From Ruminococcus sp. (GTDB lineage: Bacteria; Bacillota; Clostridia; Oscillospirales; Ruminococcaceae), in assembly GCA_003488415.1 (NCBI GenBank), contig DNLQ01000130.1:1-35376 (forward strand): DNA of 35,376 nt, given 5' to 3'. The translations under genes and the position numbers were made by a program. The notes under the pieces are model-generated. The model was not told where the DNA came from and made no database searches. It saw only the letters and a program-made list of their open reading frames with translations. Shown one piece after another: positions 34,749-35,376 of this stretch. How positions within the stretch are numbered: position 1 is the first letter of the stretch; each line of letters starts with the position of its first letter.

Positions 34749-35330
34749 TCACTCGAATTCCAGCATTTTCAGCCTGTTCTCATAATCGCTGTAGTCCGGC
34801 TTGTTCTCGATGACAAGCACAGGCTCGATATCGAGGGAACGCAGCTCCATGTCGATGTCACCGCCTGCACGGCACTCCACCGATGTCGCAGCGTAGCACG
34901 GTATCTTGTCCTTGATGAGGGACACATGATCCAGTTCCAGGCTCTTGACGTGTCTGATCGGCAGCTCGTCCTCACCGCGGCTCTCGATTTCGTCCTGTAC
35001 GTTGAACATACCGAAGGACCAGCCTCTCAGTTTGCCCTTGCGTGCCATTTCGATGACTGTTTCATCTGTGATGAGCACATCGGCGTGAAGTCCGATAGCG
35101 TCCTCACGGAGAACGAGAGAACCGTCACGGGTATTTGCATAGGCGTGCCCCTGATCGTGATCGAGTGTCACCGTGATGTCGCCGTTCTTCTTGATAGCCT
35201 CGCTGAAAGCTCTCTCCTCGATAGTTTCAAGGACTTTGCCTCTGGGTGTTATCACCGGTCTGCTCAGCTTGCCGGTGACGTTGACGTAGCCGCTTATATG
35301 CAGTCCGTCAGCTCTGACTTCGATTTTCAT
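34749..35330 (-). CDS. HK97-family prohead protease
   Basis: ISGYVN...E.I...AF, LDH, L.L.ED.IGL, GWSFG, VSL...PCY..TS. Confidence 0.92.
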   Translation of the reverse strand: MKIEVRADGLHISGYVNVTGKLSRPVITPRGKVLETIEERAFSEAIKKNGDITVTLDHDQGHAYANTRDGSLVLREDAIGLHADVLITDETVIEMARKGKLRGWSFGMFNVQDEIESRGEDELPIRHVKSLELDHVSLIKDKIPCYAATSVECRAGGDIDMELRSLDIEPVLVIENKPDYSDYENRLKMLEFE

Positions 35331-35376
35331 TCTTTCACATCCTTTCAGGGAATAAAAATAGCACTTGCCGCCGACA

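Noticed and set aside
34749..34751. Genome-wide TGA recoding or selenocysteine
   Set aside because: Many genes end in TGA with coupled downstream starts; no suppressor tRNA; the aligned residue is not Cys

Overview
The window looks like an essentially complete ~35.4 kb temperate siphophage genome of a Clostridia host (probably Ruminococcus-like; inference), opened between the portal cassette and the prohead protease gene. Modules: HK97-type packaging and head (HNH, TerS, TerL, portal, protease, capsid), non-contractile tail with a -1 frameshift chaperone, holins and GH25 lysin, an intact attP carrying a tmRNA/tRNA-Ala-like 3' end, tyrosine integrase, ImmA/ImmR-type immunity region, a RecT/RecE-like/SSB/O-like replication module with iterons, an initiator-like tRNA-Met, a stand-alone Spo0A DNA-binding domain and an Rha operon. 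The standout is a MuF-less set of four polymorphic-toxin-like cassettes in the head module: a portal C-terminal fusion, a protease C-terminal extension behind an in-frame TGA, and two stand-alone proteins sharing a ~36-aa leader that aligns without gaps to the protease C-terminal tail. All four share one layout: ELR motif, Gly/Ser linker, a consensus sigma-A promoter hidden in the (V/I)DK codons, an AT-rich variable domain, downstream partner(s), and a conserved terminator. For the PBECR-like nuclease cassette the partner is a structured non-coding RNA with its own perfect promoter rather than a protein. Family assignments come from motif recognition only; no searches were run.
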